Shown piece after piece: positions 1 through 7,967 of a DNA stretch of 64,000 nucleotides. Source of the DNA: a virus. The translations under genes were made by a program, and so were the position numbers. The stretch spans positions 32,001 to 96,000 of the IMG/VR virus record IMGVR_UViG_3300035070_003385; one strand, 5' to 3'. Below the pieces are notes generated by a model. The model made no database searches and was not told the DNA's origin. It saw only the letters and a program-made list of their open reading frames with translations. Numbering within the stretch: the stretch's first letter is position 1; each line of letters begins with the position of its first letter.

Positions 1-259
1 TAAATGTAGAAACAGATTCATAGAAAGGTGTTTCGCCATATTGTTGAATTAACAGTTCAGTTGTGCTTATTGGTTTAAATACTGCACCTTGCTGGAAGTT
101 ATTACTTAAAGAATCTGCATTATTAATTGTATATGTCCCAAAGTTTAATTCGTTTGCGAAGGCTGCAACCACATCATTTACTGCAGCTTCAGGATTTGAA
201 GCTGTTGATCCTATTCGGATAACGCAATGATTTCTAGTTGATATGTTCGACCCGGACAT
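1..259 (-). CDS. Hypothetical protein, truncated by the window edge
   Basis: ATG at 259 preceded by AAAGGAAA; the frame stays open to position 1 (MSGSNISTRNHCVIRIG...). Confidence 0.4.
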   Translation of the reverse strand, partial: MSGSNISTRNHCVIRIGSTASNPEAAVNDVVAAFANELNFGTYTINNADSLSNNFQQGAVFKPISTTELLIQQYGETPFYESVSTF

Positions 260-316
260 TTTACTTTTTCCTTTATAATCTATTTATTCGCGATTGAACT
301 TGCAATAGTTTAAACA

Positions 317-2167
317 TTAGGTAAGGCCCCAATTTTTATTATAATAGGCATTAATGCTTCCTACTGTGATCCTGCCATCAGAACCGCGCCATGGCGGATT
401 TTGCTCATATGCTTTTGAGCCTCTTTTGTAAACTTCAAAATTATCAGGACGGCCATAATAAGCCGGAGCTGCTTGAATAATTCCAAGATCGCCACCTTTA
501 TATTTAGCACTTGCAAGATATTTGTCATATACTTCTAATTGCTGAGTTGGGTTCATATTACGAATTTGACTCGTTGTATAACCAAGGCCTTTTGCCGTGG
601 CAGGTACAAACTGAAACAAACCCGATGCCCCAGAATTTTGATTATATGCAGCAGTATTAAATGCGCTTTCACCGCTAATGATTGCATATAATTGCTGCTT
701 TTCGAGGCCGGGATATTTACTTTGCATTTCCGCAAGTTTTGTTTGAAACGCTTGATCATTTTCGAGTTCGGCCACGGATGTTTTAACTCCACTGGATGAT
801 TTTTTAATTGCATCTGCTGCAGAAGAAGTCGAAGCTTCACTGGGTGTTTCTGCTGCGGCCGATGAATTAACTGATTCTTCACCTTCATCTTGTGACGCAT
901 AACCGCTCGAACCAATCATGCCGCCATCGTAGCTTTCGTTTCTTGTTATACTTATAGATTTACTTACAGGTTCTGGAGCGTCTACAGCTTCAGCTAAACC
1001 TGCGCCTGCAGAATTTGGTTCAACCGCTAAACCTTCTGCCATACGTACGTAATCATCAATGGCAGTAAGTGCAGCACTGATACTCACCTGCGATTCTCCA
1101 CCAATTTTTACGTGCTCAGATTTAATACTTAAATCACCTAATGCATCAAAATACATTATTTCCGATTTTAAATTAATATCATTATTAGCCTGCAGATTTA
1201 TTTTTTTATTTGCTTTTAAATTAATGCCTTCTACATTTGATTCAAGACGTAGCTTTCCACCTCTTATTTGAATTTCTTCACTTGCATTAATAGTAGATTG
1301 CCCGCCAACAGAAAGATAATGATTCCCTCTAACGTTTTGTATTAAATCGCCAGTGATTTCTTCTATCTTATTTCCTTTTACTAAAACCTGTGAATCGCCT
1401 TCTATAGTAACTATGTTTCTACCTTTTACATACACATAATTATTTCTATCATTTATTTGCATTTTATCAGAAATAGATTTATGAATAGTGCTTCCTCGTG
1501 CATCAATCGTGATATAAGAGCCTTCACCGTGATATATAGTAATTCTTTCAGAGCCTGGTGTATCATCCAATTCGATAGAATGATTAGCTGTTTCTATTAC
1601 TCTATTGAATGGGTATTGTGTATTATATGCAGGTGCTGGTTCTGCAAAAAATTCTCGATCTCCGCTATCGGCTTTATCTGGGTTTTGGTCTGCAATACCG
1701 ATATCTTTTACACGAGACATTTCCTGCTGGTGAACATAAGTTTGTTCAATATTTTCCCCGCGCGCCAATTTTGAATTTGCTGGTTGACCCAAGTCAGGCG
1801 GCATTGATCCTTTTGCGAGAATTCTAGAATTTGTTTCTGGTATTTTACCCCAGCCTGTCAAATCCGGATTTATTATTTCAGTCATTTGTGTTGGAATTAA
1901 ACCTAATATCATTGGCTGCTGCGCATCACGTCCGTCAACGAAAAATCCAAATACAAATGAGTTTAAACGCGGTATTTCAGCGTTAGGGTCGTAACTTCCA
2001 TGTATCAGTGTTGCCCAAGGAAGATCTTCAGTTGGGACTTGCTGGGTCGTTCCATGTACTCCAAAGGCACGTACTTGAACTCTTCCTTCAAGGCGATCGT
2101 CGACGTTATTTTCTACAACCCCTATAAAAAATAAAGGATTTAAAATCCCTACGCCAGTTTCCATCAT
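317..2167 (-). CDS. gp5: gp5-like baseplate hub/tail spike with C-terminal lytic transglycosylase (SLT-like) domain
   Basis: N-terminal FFIGVVENNVDDRLEGRVQVRAFGVH OB-fold; V-x-G beta-helix repeats; C-terminal ES...SGASGLFQF transglycosylase motif. Confidence 0.88.
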   Translation of the reverse strand: MMETGVGILNPLFFIGVVENNVDDRLEGRVQVRAFGVHGTTQQVPTEDLPWATLIHGSYDPNAEIPRLNSFVFGFFVDGRDAQQPMILGLIPTQMTEIINPDLTGWGKIPETNSRILAKGSMPPDLGQPANSKLARGENIEQTYVHQQEMSRVKDIGIADQNPDKADSGDREFFAEPAPAYNTQYPFNRVIETANHSIELDDTPGSERITIYHGEGSYITIDARGSTIHKSISDKMQINDRNNYVYVKGRNIVTIEGDSQVLVKGNKIEEITGDLIQNVRGNHYLSVGGQSTINASEEIQIRGGKLRLESNVEGINLKANKKINLQANNDINLKSEIMYFDALGDLSIKSEHVKIGGESQVSISAALTAIDDYVRMAEGLAVEPNSAGAGLAEAVDAPEPVSKSISITRNESYDGGMIGSSGYASQDEGEESVNSSAAAETPSEASTSSAADAIKKSSSGVKTSVAELENDQAFQTKLAEMQSKYPGLEKQQLYAIISGESAFNTAAYNQNSGASGLFQFVPATAKGLGYTTSQIRNMNPTQQLEVYDKYLASAKYKGGDLGIIQAAPAYYGRPDNFEVYKRGSKAYEQNPPWRGSDGRITVGSINAYYNKNWGLT

Positions 2168-3492
2168 GTCGTGTTCCAGTCGTACTTAATTAATTTAAGA
2201 GCAGTAGTGTGTACATCTCTTACAAAGTTATGAGTTACCGTATCTATCATATAGTATCCAGATAGTTGTGGATTTAATCCTTTTTTAGATGAGGCAACAA
2301 ATTGAGGTATTTTAATATTTATCATGCCTCCTGCGTTTAAATCTAATCTACCGTTAGCTGTTGCATGGACCATAGTGTTATTTAAATGATGTCGATAAGC
2401 TGTTCTATTTGCAACTATTTCTGGAAGAAACTGATTTCCTCTTAATTGAAATTCTCCGCTATCATCTGCATAATCACGAATTACCATATAACGTTTTTCG
2501 TTTTCTTGAGTAAAATAAGTACTTTTAAATTCAGGAGAATGAATACCTTCATCGGTATTACGCCCCGAGGTGGACAGATATTTTGTTTTTTCTGTTTCAA
2601 AATTATAAGAGTGTGTTGTAGATTTAGTAGGAAGATTTACTCGGCCTCTTACTAAATCTATTTCAATAACGTGGCTACGATATGCGCCAGAACCAAGATC
2701 TTTCATTGTGTTAACGCGATCTTCGTTTTTAATAGTTATAAAATTTTGCATTTGCTGCGAATATTCTTCGCCTGATTTGTCTAAAGCATCACTATAAGTA
2801 AATTCTTTAATGTCGTTAACATTTTTTAATGCCTGATTAATTAAATATTCGTCTGAAACAAAAAAGTGATTGTGAACTGTTTCAAAAAATCTAAAAGAGC
2901 ACGATGGGCTTGTTGTGCTATAAGCACGCTGTGATAAAAAGTTCATTGCTTGAATCGGTGTGTAGTTTGGAATTACACAACGAAATATACCTTCAGTTGG
3001 TTCGACAATTAATCCTGAAGAGTTTTGCGGTGGGCTATAATAATTATCAAAAATAGTTGATGCTATAGTTGATATTTTGTCTTCAAAAGGAGCTGTTATG
3101 CGTCGTGAACTTACATTAAATCTTGATTTTGAAACAAAGTGAATTTCATATCTTAAGCCGTCGTTTGCGTCGTTAATTTCTACATTTTGAATTTTATATA
3201 TTCGCATTTGATAAATTCTACGATTTTTCATAGCGTCTTCAATAGTAAAAATTAAATGTTCCTCGCCGCGAATTGGCAAGTCCTCAAGAAAACCTATATT
3301 ATCAACTATTTCCGCATAACCTTTTATGCAGTCGGAATTAATAGATTCTTCAATCACAAAAACAGGTATGAAGCCTGAAAATTCATTTGAATTTCCTTGA
3401 CCTGAAACTCCTAATTCGATAGATGCAGCTGAATCGGAAACTAATACAGCACTTAATAGCTTGTATTGTCCTGGTAAAATAAATTCACTCAT
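2164..3492 (-). CDS. Putative baseplate hub protein (gp27/VgrG-like)
   Basis: 442 aa, coupled directly upstream of gp5; size and position fit the hub proteins of T4-like phages. Confidence 0.55.
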   Translation of the reverse strand: MSEFILPGQYKLLSAVLVSDSAASIELGVSGQGNSNEFSGFIPVFVIEESINSDCIKGYAEIVDNIGFLEDLPIRGEEHLIFTIEDAMKNRRIYQMRIYKIQNVEINDANDGLRYEIHFVSKSRFNVSSRRITAPFEDKISTIASTIFDNYYSPPQNSSGLIVEPTEGIFRCVIPNYTPIQAMNFLSQRAYSTTSPSCSFRFFETVHNHFFVSDEYLINQALKNVNDIKEFTYSDALDKSGEEYSQQMQNFITIKNEDRVNTMKDLGSGAYRSHVIEIDLVRGRVNLPTKSTTHSYNFETEKTKYLSTSGRNTDEGIHSPEFKSTYFTQENEKRYMVIRDYADDSGEFQLRGNQFLPEIVANRTAYRHHLNNTMVHATANGRLDLNAGGMINIKIPQFVASSKKGLNPQLSGYYMIDTVTHNFVRDVHTTALKLIKYDWNTT

Positions 3493-3739
3493 TTAATTTA
3501 TTCGTAATTTCTTTTTCAATTTTTGATACTAAATTTCTATCAATAAGTTGAATATTTCTTTTATTGTCATTTATTGCTTCCTCAAAATCCCAAATGCGAT
3601 ATGGTTTCCACTCAGCTGGGATGATTTTTTGTAATACAATTCGCTTGCCTGCTTCGCTTCTTAATATGACTCTATCTTCTTTGCGGAGGTAAAGAGTTCT
3701 AAAACTGTCAGGACTAATCTTTATTATATCAATTGCCAT
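3485..3739 (-). CDS. gp53 C-terminal-like protein (second half of a split gp53)
   Basis: C-terminus FEEAINDNKRNIQLID resembles the gp53 C-terminal E..N...R.I..I motif; starts 1 nt after the stop of the gp53 N-terminal ORF. Confidence 0.6.
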   Translation of the reverse strand: MAIDIIKISPDSFRTLYLRKEDRVILRSEAGKRIVLQKIIPAEWKPYRIWDFEEAINDNKRNIQLIDRNLVSKIEKEITNKLNE

Positions 3740-3740
3740 T

Positions 3741-4124
3741 TTATACCTCTTTATAATAGTAAACTATATTATCCGTGTTAGTAGTAGTTCTGGTCCAATC
3801 AATTAAATCATAACCATTTAACCCCCCAGCTTGATCACTATATTTACTAATTAAATATTGGTTAAATGTGTATTCGTCCATCGGCCATTCATTATACGGG
3901 TCAATAATATTGTTTGCTAAATATATTAGCCAAGTATAGTTGGAGTCGCCGTAATAGTGATACGCAATATCCTCAGCTCTTTCGCCTTCCTTAATAGTAT
4001 ACGGCAAAAAAGAATACGGATCTTGCAAAGTTTCCTTTAGAAAATTTACTCTTTTTGTTATGTCTTTTACTAAAACATTATTATAACTTATATCTGGAAA
4101 TTTATCAAAATATTCTCCGCTCAT
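3741..4124 (-). CDS. gp53: Baseplate wedge protein gp53 (N-terminal LysM-like part)
   Basis: YTIKEGERAEDIAYHYYGDSNYTWLIYLANNIIDPYNEWP is the gp53 signature. Confidence 0.85.
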   Translation of the reverse strand: MSGEYFDKFPDISYNNVLVKDITKRVNFLKETLQDPYSFLPYTIKEGERAEDIAYHYYGDSNYTWLIYLANNIIDPYNEWPMDEYTFNQYLISKYSDQAGGLNGYDLIDWTRTTTNTDNIVYYYKEV

Positions 4125-4129
4125 TTAAC

Positions 4130-5122
4130 TTACCCCGCTCCGCCGCTTATTATTTGATCACCAGCTGTTAAATTTGAAGCTGACGTATTAGTAGTTGATA
4201 CTCCGCCATAATCTTCAGATGTATGTATATCCATTTCCATGAGAGTCATATTCATTGATACCATAGCTGGTTTACCGCCAGTTACAACGGCCAATCCGTT
4301 TGGCGTGTAGTTATTTTGAAATTGCTGTACCATACATGTTTTATATTTAAAGAAATATCCATCATCAATTCCTAAAAAGAATATATCTACAGTACTAGGA
4401 TAATTTAACAATACCTTGTTAAAACCAACTGCACTCCCATAAGTAGGAAGAATGTTTCTTCGAATAGTTGTAATGATATCTCTTATTCTATCAGATTCTG
4501 CATTTTCTGTTGGCGCAAGTGTCCAATTAAAATCAAACTGTTTTAAATTTACACCTTCAAAAAACAGCGATGACTTTGGGTTAACCGTGTTTCCTAATCC
4601 TTGGTCAATTGCCTTTCCACTGCCGGCAAGTAACTTATCAATTGATCTTCTACCTAAAAACGATAAGTTTTTTGAAGCTTGGTCAATATCAGAATTAAGT
4701 ATTGAACTTAAATCTACGCCAGGTATCAAATTACCTAAAACATTTCCTAAATTTGAAACAGTAAGATCACCGGCTCCAGCAAATTGAGATGCCCCTGTAG
4801 CAACTGCTGACTGTGCAATACCCATATCACTTCCTGCTACTCTAACAGAATAAGTGTCTTGAATATTAGCAGGCAATGGGAGCTGAATTACATCTGTTCC
4901 GTTCGGTACCGGCCCAAATTGACCAGCACGATTTCTAGAAGAACCACCGGATAACGTATTTAACCCTCGTTCACCAGGTGGAACAAAAGAATATTTATTA
5001 AAAGCCAATAATACGCTGTGTGCACCAATATTCAGCGGAAAGTTTAAAAAATTAGAACTTTGCGAATTTTTACTGTTACTTATGACCTGCTCGGGTCTTT
5101 GACCAAAATCTTGATAGGGCAA
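4130..5122 (-). CDS. gp48: Baseplate tail-tube cap gp48
   Basis: NPKSSLFFEGVNLKQFDFNWTLAP...ES..IRDII motif; TTG start; divergent from gp4. Confidence 0.8.
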   Translation of the reverse strand: MPYQDFGQRPEQVISNSKNSQSSNFLNFPLNIGAHSVLLAFNKYSFVPPGERGLNTLSGGSSRNRAGQFGPVPNGTDVIQLPLPANIQDTYSVRVAGSDMGIAQSAVATGASQFAGAGDLTVSNLGNVLGNLIPGVDLSSILNSDIDQASKNLSFLGRRSIDKLLAGSGKAIDQGLGNTVNPKSSLFFEGVNLKQFDFNWTLAPTENAESDRIRDIITTIRRNILPTYGSAVGFNKVLLNYPSTVDIFFLGIDDGYFFKYKTCMVQQFQNNYTPNGLAVVTGGKPAMVSMNMTLMEMDIHTSEDYGGVSTTNTSASNLTAGDQIISGGAG

Positions 5123-5135
5123 ACCTAAATTCCTT

Positions 5136-5143
5136 TATAAATA
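5136..5143 (+). promoter_or_regulatory. T4-type late promoter TATAAATA (gp4-gp29 operon)
   Basis: Exact TATAAATA upstream of gp4; gp55 is encoded in this window. Confidence 0.75.
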
Positions 5144-5166
5144 GAGATATACATTGGCTTTGATTC

Positions 5167-5174
5167 TATTTATA
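5167..5174 (-). promoter_or_regulatory. T4-type late promoter TATAAATA (gp48-gp5 operon)
   Basis: TATTTATA on the + strand, upstream of gp48. Confidence 0.7.
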
Positions 5175-5194
5175 TTAAAATTTGGACAGCATAA

Positions 5195-5659
5195 ATGACT
5201 AGAGGACATAAAGGGCGATTTAGGCCAAAACACCCGGAGAAGTATAAGGGAGATCCTTCAAAGATCATATATAGATCTTTATGGGAATTTAAATTCTTTA
5301 GGTATATTGATATTCATCCTGATGTTATTTGGTGGCAAAGTGAAGAAGTTATAGTACCTTATATGTCTCCTATAGATGGAAAAAGACATAGGTATTACCC
5401 AGACGTAGTTGTAAGAAAGAGAACACCGAATGGCACAACTGAAACTATTATGATAGAAATAAAACCGCATGCACAAACCAAAGCTCCTGATATTCGGAAA
5501 AAAAACGCAACTCCTTCAGGAAGACTTTCGCGTAGATATATAAACGAAGTTAAAACTTACGGTGTTAACGAATCTAAATGGAAAGCTGCGCGCCAATATT
5601 GTGCAGATAGAGGATGGATATTTGAAATATTTACCGAACACGAATTGGGAATTAAGTAA
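5195..5659 (+). CDS. gp4: Head completion nuclease gp4
   Basis: KYKGDPSKIIYRSLWE...WQSEE...YYPD...IEIKP...NESKW motifs. Confidence 0.92.
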   Translation: MTRGHKGRFRPKHPEKYKGDPSKIIYRSLWEFKFFRYIDIHPDVIWWQSEEVIVPYMSPIDGKRHRYYPDVVVRKRTPNGTTETIMIEIKPHAQTKAPDIRKKNATPSGRLSRRYINEVKTYGVNESKWKAARQYCADRGWIFEIFTEHELGIK

Positions 5660-6267
5660 TGACTGCAAAAATATTTGACGAAATTCTTTTAAAAGGTATT
5701 CGAGCAGGCCAAGTGCCGGCACGTACAAAAGCAGCACGTGATTGGTATAGAAATCAAGCAAAAGCAGTATCACGTTCAAGTATAGAAGAAACAAAAATTA
5801 TCCGTCAAATGAAAGATAGACACGAAAGTAGATTTAGGCTTGGCCATATGTATACTTTTTTATACGATCCTAAACATAAAGAAACTCTTCCTTATTATGA
5901 CAGGTTCCCGCTTGTATTTCCAATAAATAAAGCTAAAGGCGGCTTTCTTGGAATGAACTTTCATTACTTACCGCTTCCTTTACGTGCGCAATTAATGGAT
6001 GCTTTATACGAAGTGACAGGAAACCAAAAATATGATGAAACTACAAAAATGCAAATATCATATAGTATCCTTAATGGTGCTTCAAAATATAGAGAATTTA
6101 AACCCACGGTGAAACATTATTTAACGTCTCAGATAAGAACAAAATTGGTATACATAAATCCTACTGAATGGGATATAGCATTATTCTTACCATCTGAACA
6201 TTTTGAAAAGTCTTCAAAAGGAAGAGTTTGGGCAGACTCAAGAAAAATAGCAAGAGGCGGGCGGTAA
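5659..6267 (+). CDS. gp2: DNA end protector gp2
   Basis: YDPKHKETLPYYDRFPLVF...GMNFHYLP. Confidence 0.92.
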   Translation: MTAKIFDEILLKGIRAGQVPARTKAARDWYRNQAKAVSRSSIEETKIIRQMKDRHESRFRLGHMYTFLYDPKHKETLPYYDRFPLVFPINKAKGGFLGMNFHYLPLPLRAQLMDALYEVTGNQKYDETTKMQISYSILNGASKYREFKPTVKHYLTSQIRTKLVYINPTEWDIALFLPSEHFEKSSKGRVWADSRKIARGGR

Positions 6268-7074
6268 ATGCCATTTAATATAAACGAATTTAAAAGTACT
6301 ATGAATAAGTACGGCGGCCCTGCGCGAAAAAACTTATACGTTGTTGAAATAATGAATGGGCCCGTGCAATCAGATGGCATGACAATGCAAGATCTCAGAT
6401 TTTTTTGTCAAACCGCTACAATTCCTGGTTTAAATTATACGGTAGCTGATTATTATCCAAATGCGTTTGGTGTAAAACAATCAATCCCAACAGCTGTTAC
6501 ACCTGACCAATTCAATGCAGTATTTATGCTAGACTCGGATCACATGGTGCTTCGGTTTTTTCATCAATGGATGCAATCTGTAATTAATTACAATTACTCA
6601 GACGGACCTTTTTCACAAATAAACGGGCAGCTGCCCTATGAGGTTGGATATAAAAAAGATTTTGCTTGTAACATAATAATTAAGCACTATAGTACTGACG
6701 GCGCAGATGGTATACCAAAATATTATGAATACACATTGTATGATGCATTCCCAACGCAGGTAAGCGGCGTTGATGTATCCTGGGCAGACAACGATTCTTT
6801 TGCAACTTCTACAGTTAACTTTACATATGCTCATATGTCAGTGTCAAGTTCAAGACAAGGTATTCCGACTGAAAGGTTTGCGCGAGGTACTGGCTTTGTA
6901 GAATATGTAAATACTTTAGGATCAAATGCCCAGGTAATTGGGCAGGGTAATTTACCAATTTCAGTTCAAGATTCAATAAATGCATTTACTAAACTTGGTA
7001 ACTTGAAAAATAACATAAATAATTCGTTTTCGCAAATCAAATCTGGACTAAACGGTTTGCGAAATATATTTTAA
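6268..7074 (+). CDS. gp54: Baseplate tail-tube initiator gp54 (gp19-like fold)
   Basis: GGPARKNLYVVEI, FFHQWMQSV, YTLYDAFPTQV...SW; lies between gp2 and gp26. Confidence 0.7.
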   Translation: MPFNINEFKSTMNKYGGPARKNLYVVEIMNGPVQSDGMTMQDLRFFCQTATIPGLNYTVADYYPNAFGVKQSIPTAVTPDQFNAVFMLDSDHMVLRFFHQWMQSVINYNYSDGPFSQINGQLPYEVGYKKDFACNIIIKHYSTDGADGIPKYYEYTLYDAFPTQVSGVDVSWADNDSFATSTVNFTYAHMSVSSSRQGIPTERFARGTGFVEYVNTLGSNAQVIGQGNLPISVQDSINAFTKLGNLKNNINNSFSQIKSGLNGLRNIF

Positions 7075-7092
7075 TTGAGGAGATAATACACA

Positions 7093-7794
7093 ATGCCACT
7101 ACCAAAGATTGACATGCCGATATATGAGCTTTCGTTACCATCTAATGATAAAAAAGTTAAGTATCGGCCTTTTACAGTAAAAGAAGAAAAAATTCTTTTA
7201 ATTGCTCAAGAATCAAAAGACACAGAACAAATTATAAGTTCAATTAAACAAATTGTAAATAACTGCCTGCTTGAAGATAGTATTGATTCTTTATCACTTG
7301 TTGATTTAGAATACTTATTAATATCAATTCGTTCCAAGTCTGTTGATAATATTGTAAAGTTTAAAATAGAAGACCCAGACACTGAAGAATCAATTGAATT
7401 AGAATTAGATTTAACACAAGTAAAAATTGAAAAACCAGAGAACCATACAAACCAAATTGAAGTATCAAAAGATTATGTATTGTTTTTAAAATACCCTACG
7501 GCTGAAGACTTTTTTGTTCTTTTAAACGAGGATAAGTCTGAAACCGAAAGAAATTACGATATCATGCTTTGCTGTTTAGACAAATTAGCATCAAAAGAAG
7601 ATGTGTTTAACTTTAAAGATTTTAATAAAAAAGAAGTTGACGACTTTATCGAAAGTTTACATAACGACGTTGTGAAAAAAATGAAAGAGTTTTTTGACAC
7701 GATACCAAAAGTAAGACATGAAGTTGAATACGTAAATAAAAACGGTGATAACAAAACCTTTGTAATACAAGGAACCCAAACTTTTTTTATCTGA
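7093..7794 (+). CDS. gp26: Baseplate hub assembly protein gp26
   Basis: MPLPKIDMPIYELSLPS...KYRPFTVKEEKILLIA. Confidence 0.9.
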   Translation: MPLPKIDMPIYELSLPSNDKKVKYRPFTVKEEKILLIAQESKDTEQIISSIKQIVNNCLLEDSIDSLSLVDLEYLLISIRSKSVDNIVKFKIEDPDTEESIELELDLTQVKIEKPENHTNQIEVSKDYVLFLKYPTAEDFFVLLNEDKSETERNYDIMLCCLDKLASKEDVFNFKDFNKKEVDDFIESLHNDVVKKMKEFFDTIPKVRHEVEYVNKNGDNKTFVIQGTQTFFI

Positions 7795-7967
7795 TGTTGA
7801 GCCATACGAACCTTTCGATTTATTATGATAAAATTTTTGGAATGGTTCAACATCATAAATATTCGGTCGATGAATTAGAAAAAATGATACCTTTTGAAAG
7901 AGATTTGTATTTTGATATGTTAATTAATTTTATAAAGCAACAAGAAGAAAAGCAAAGAAGAAAATAA
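7794..7967 (+). CDS. gp51: Baseplate hub assembly catalyst gp51 (57 aa, absent from the ORF track)
   Basis: MLSHTNLSIYY...MVQHHKYSVDELEKMIPFERDLY; TGATG coupling to gp26. Confidence 0.85.
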   Translation: MLSHTNLSIYYDKIFGMVQHHKYSVDELEKMIPFERDLYFDMLINFIKQQEEKQRRK

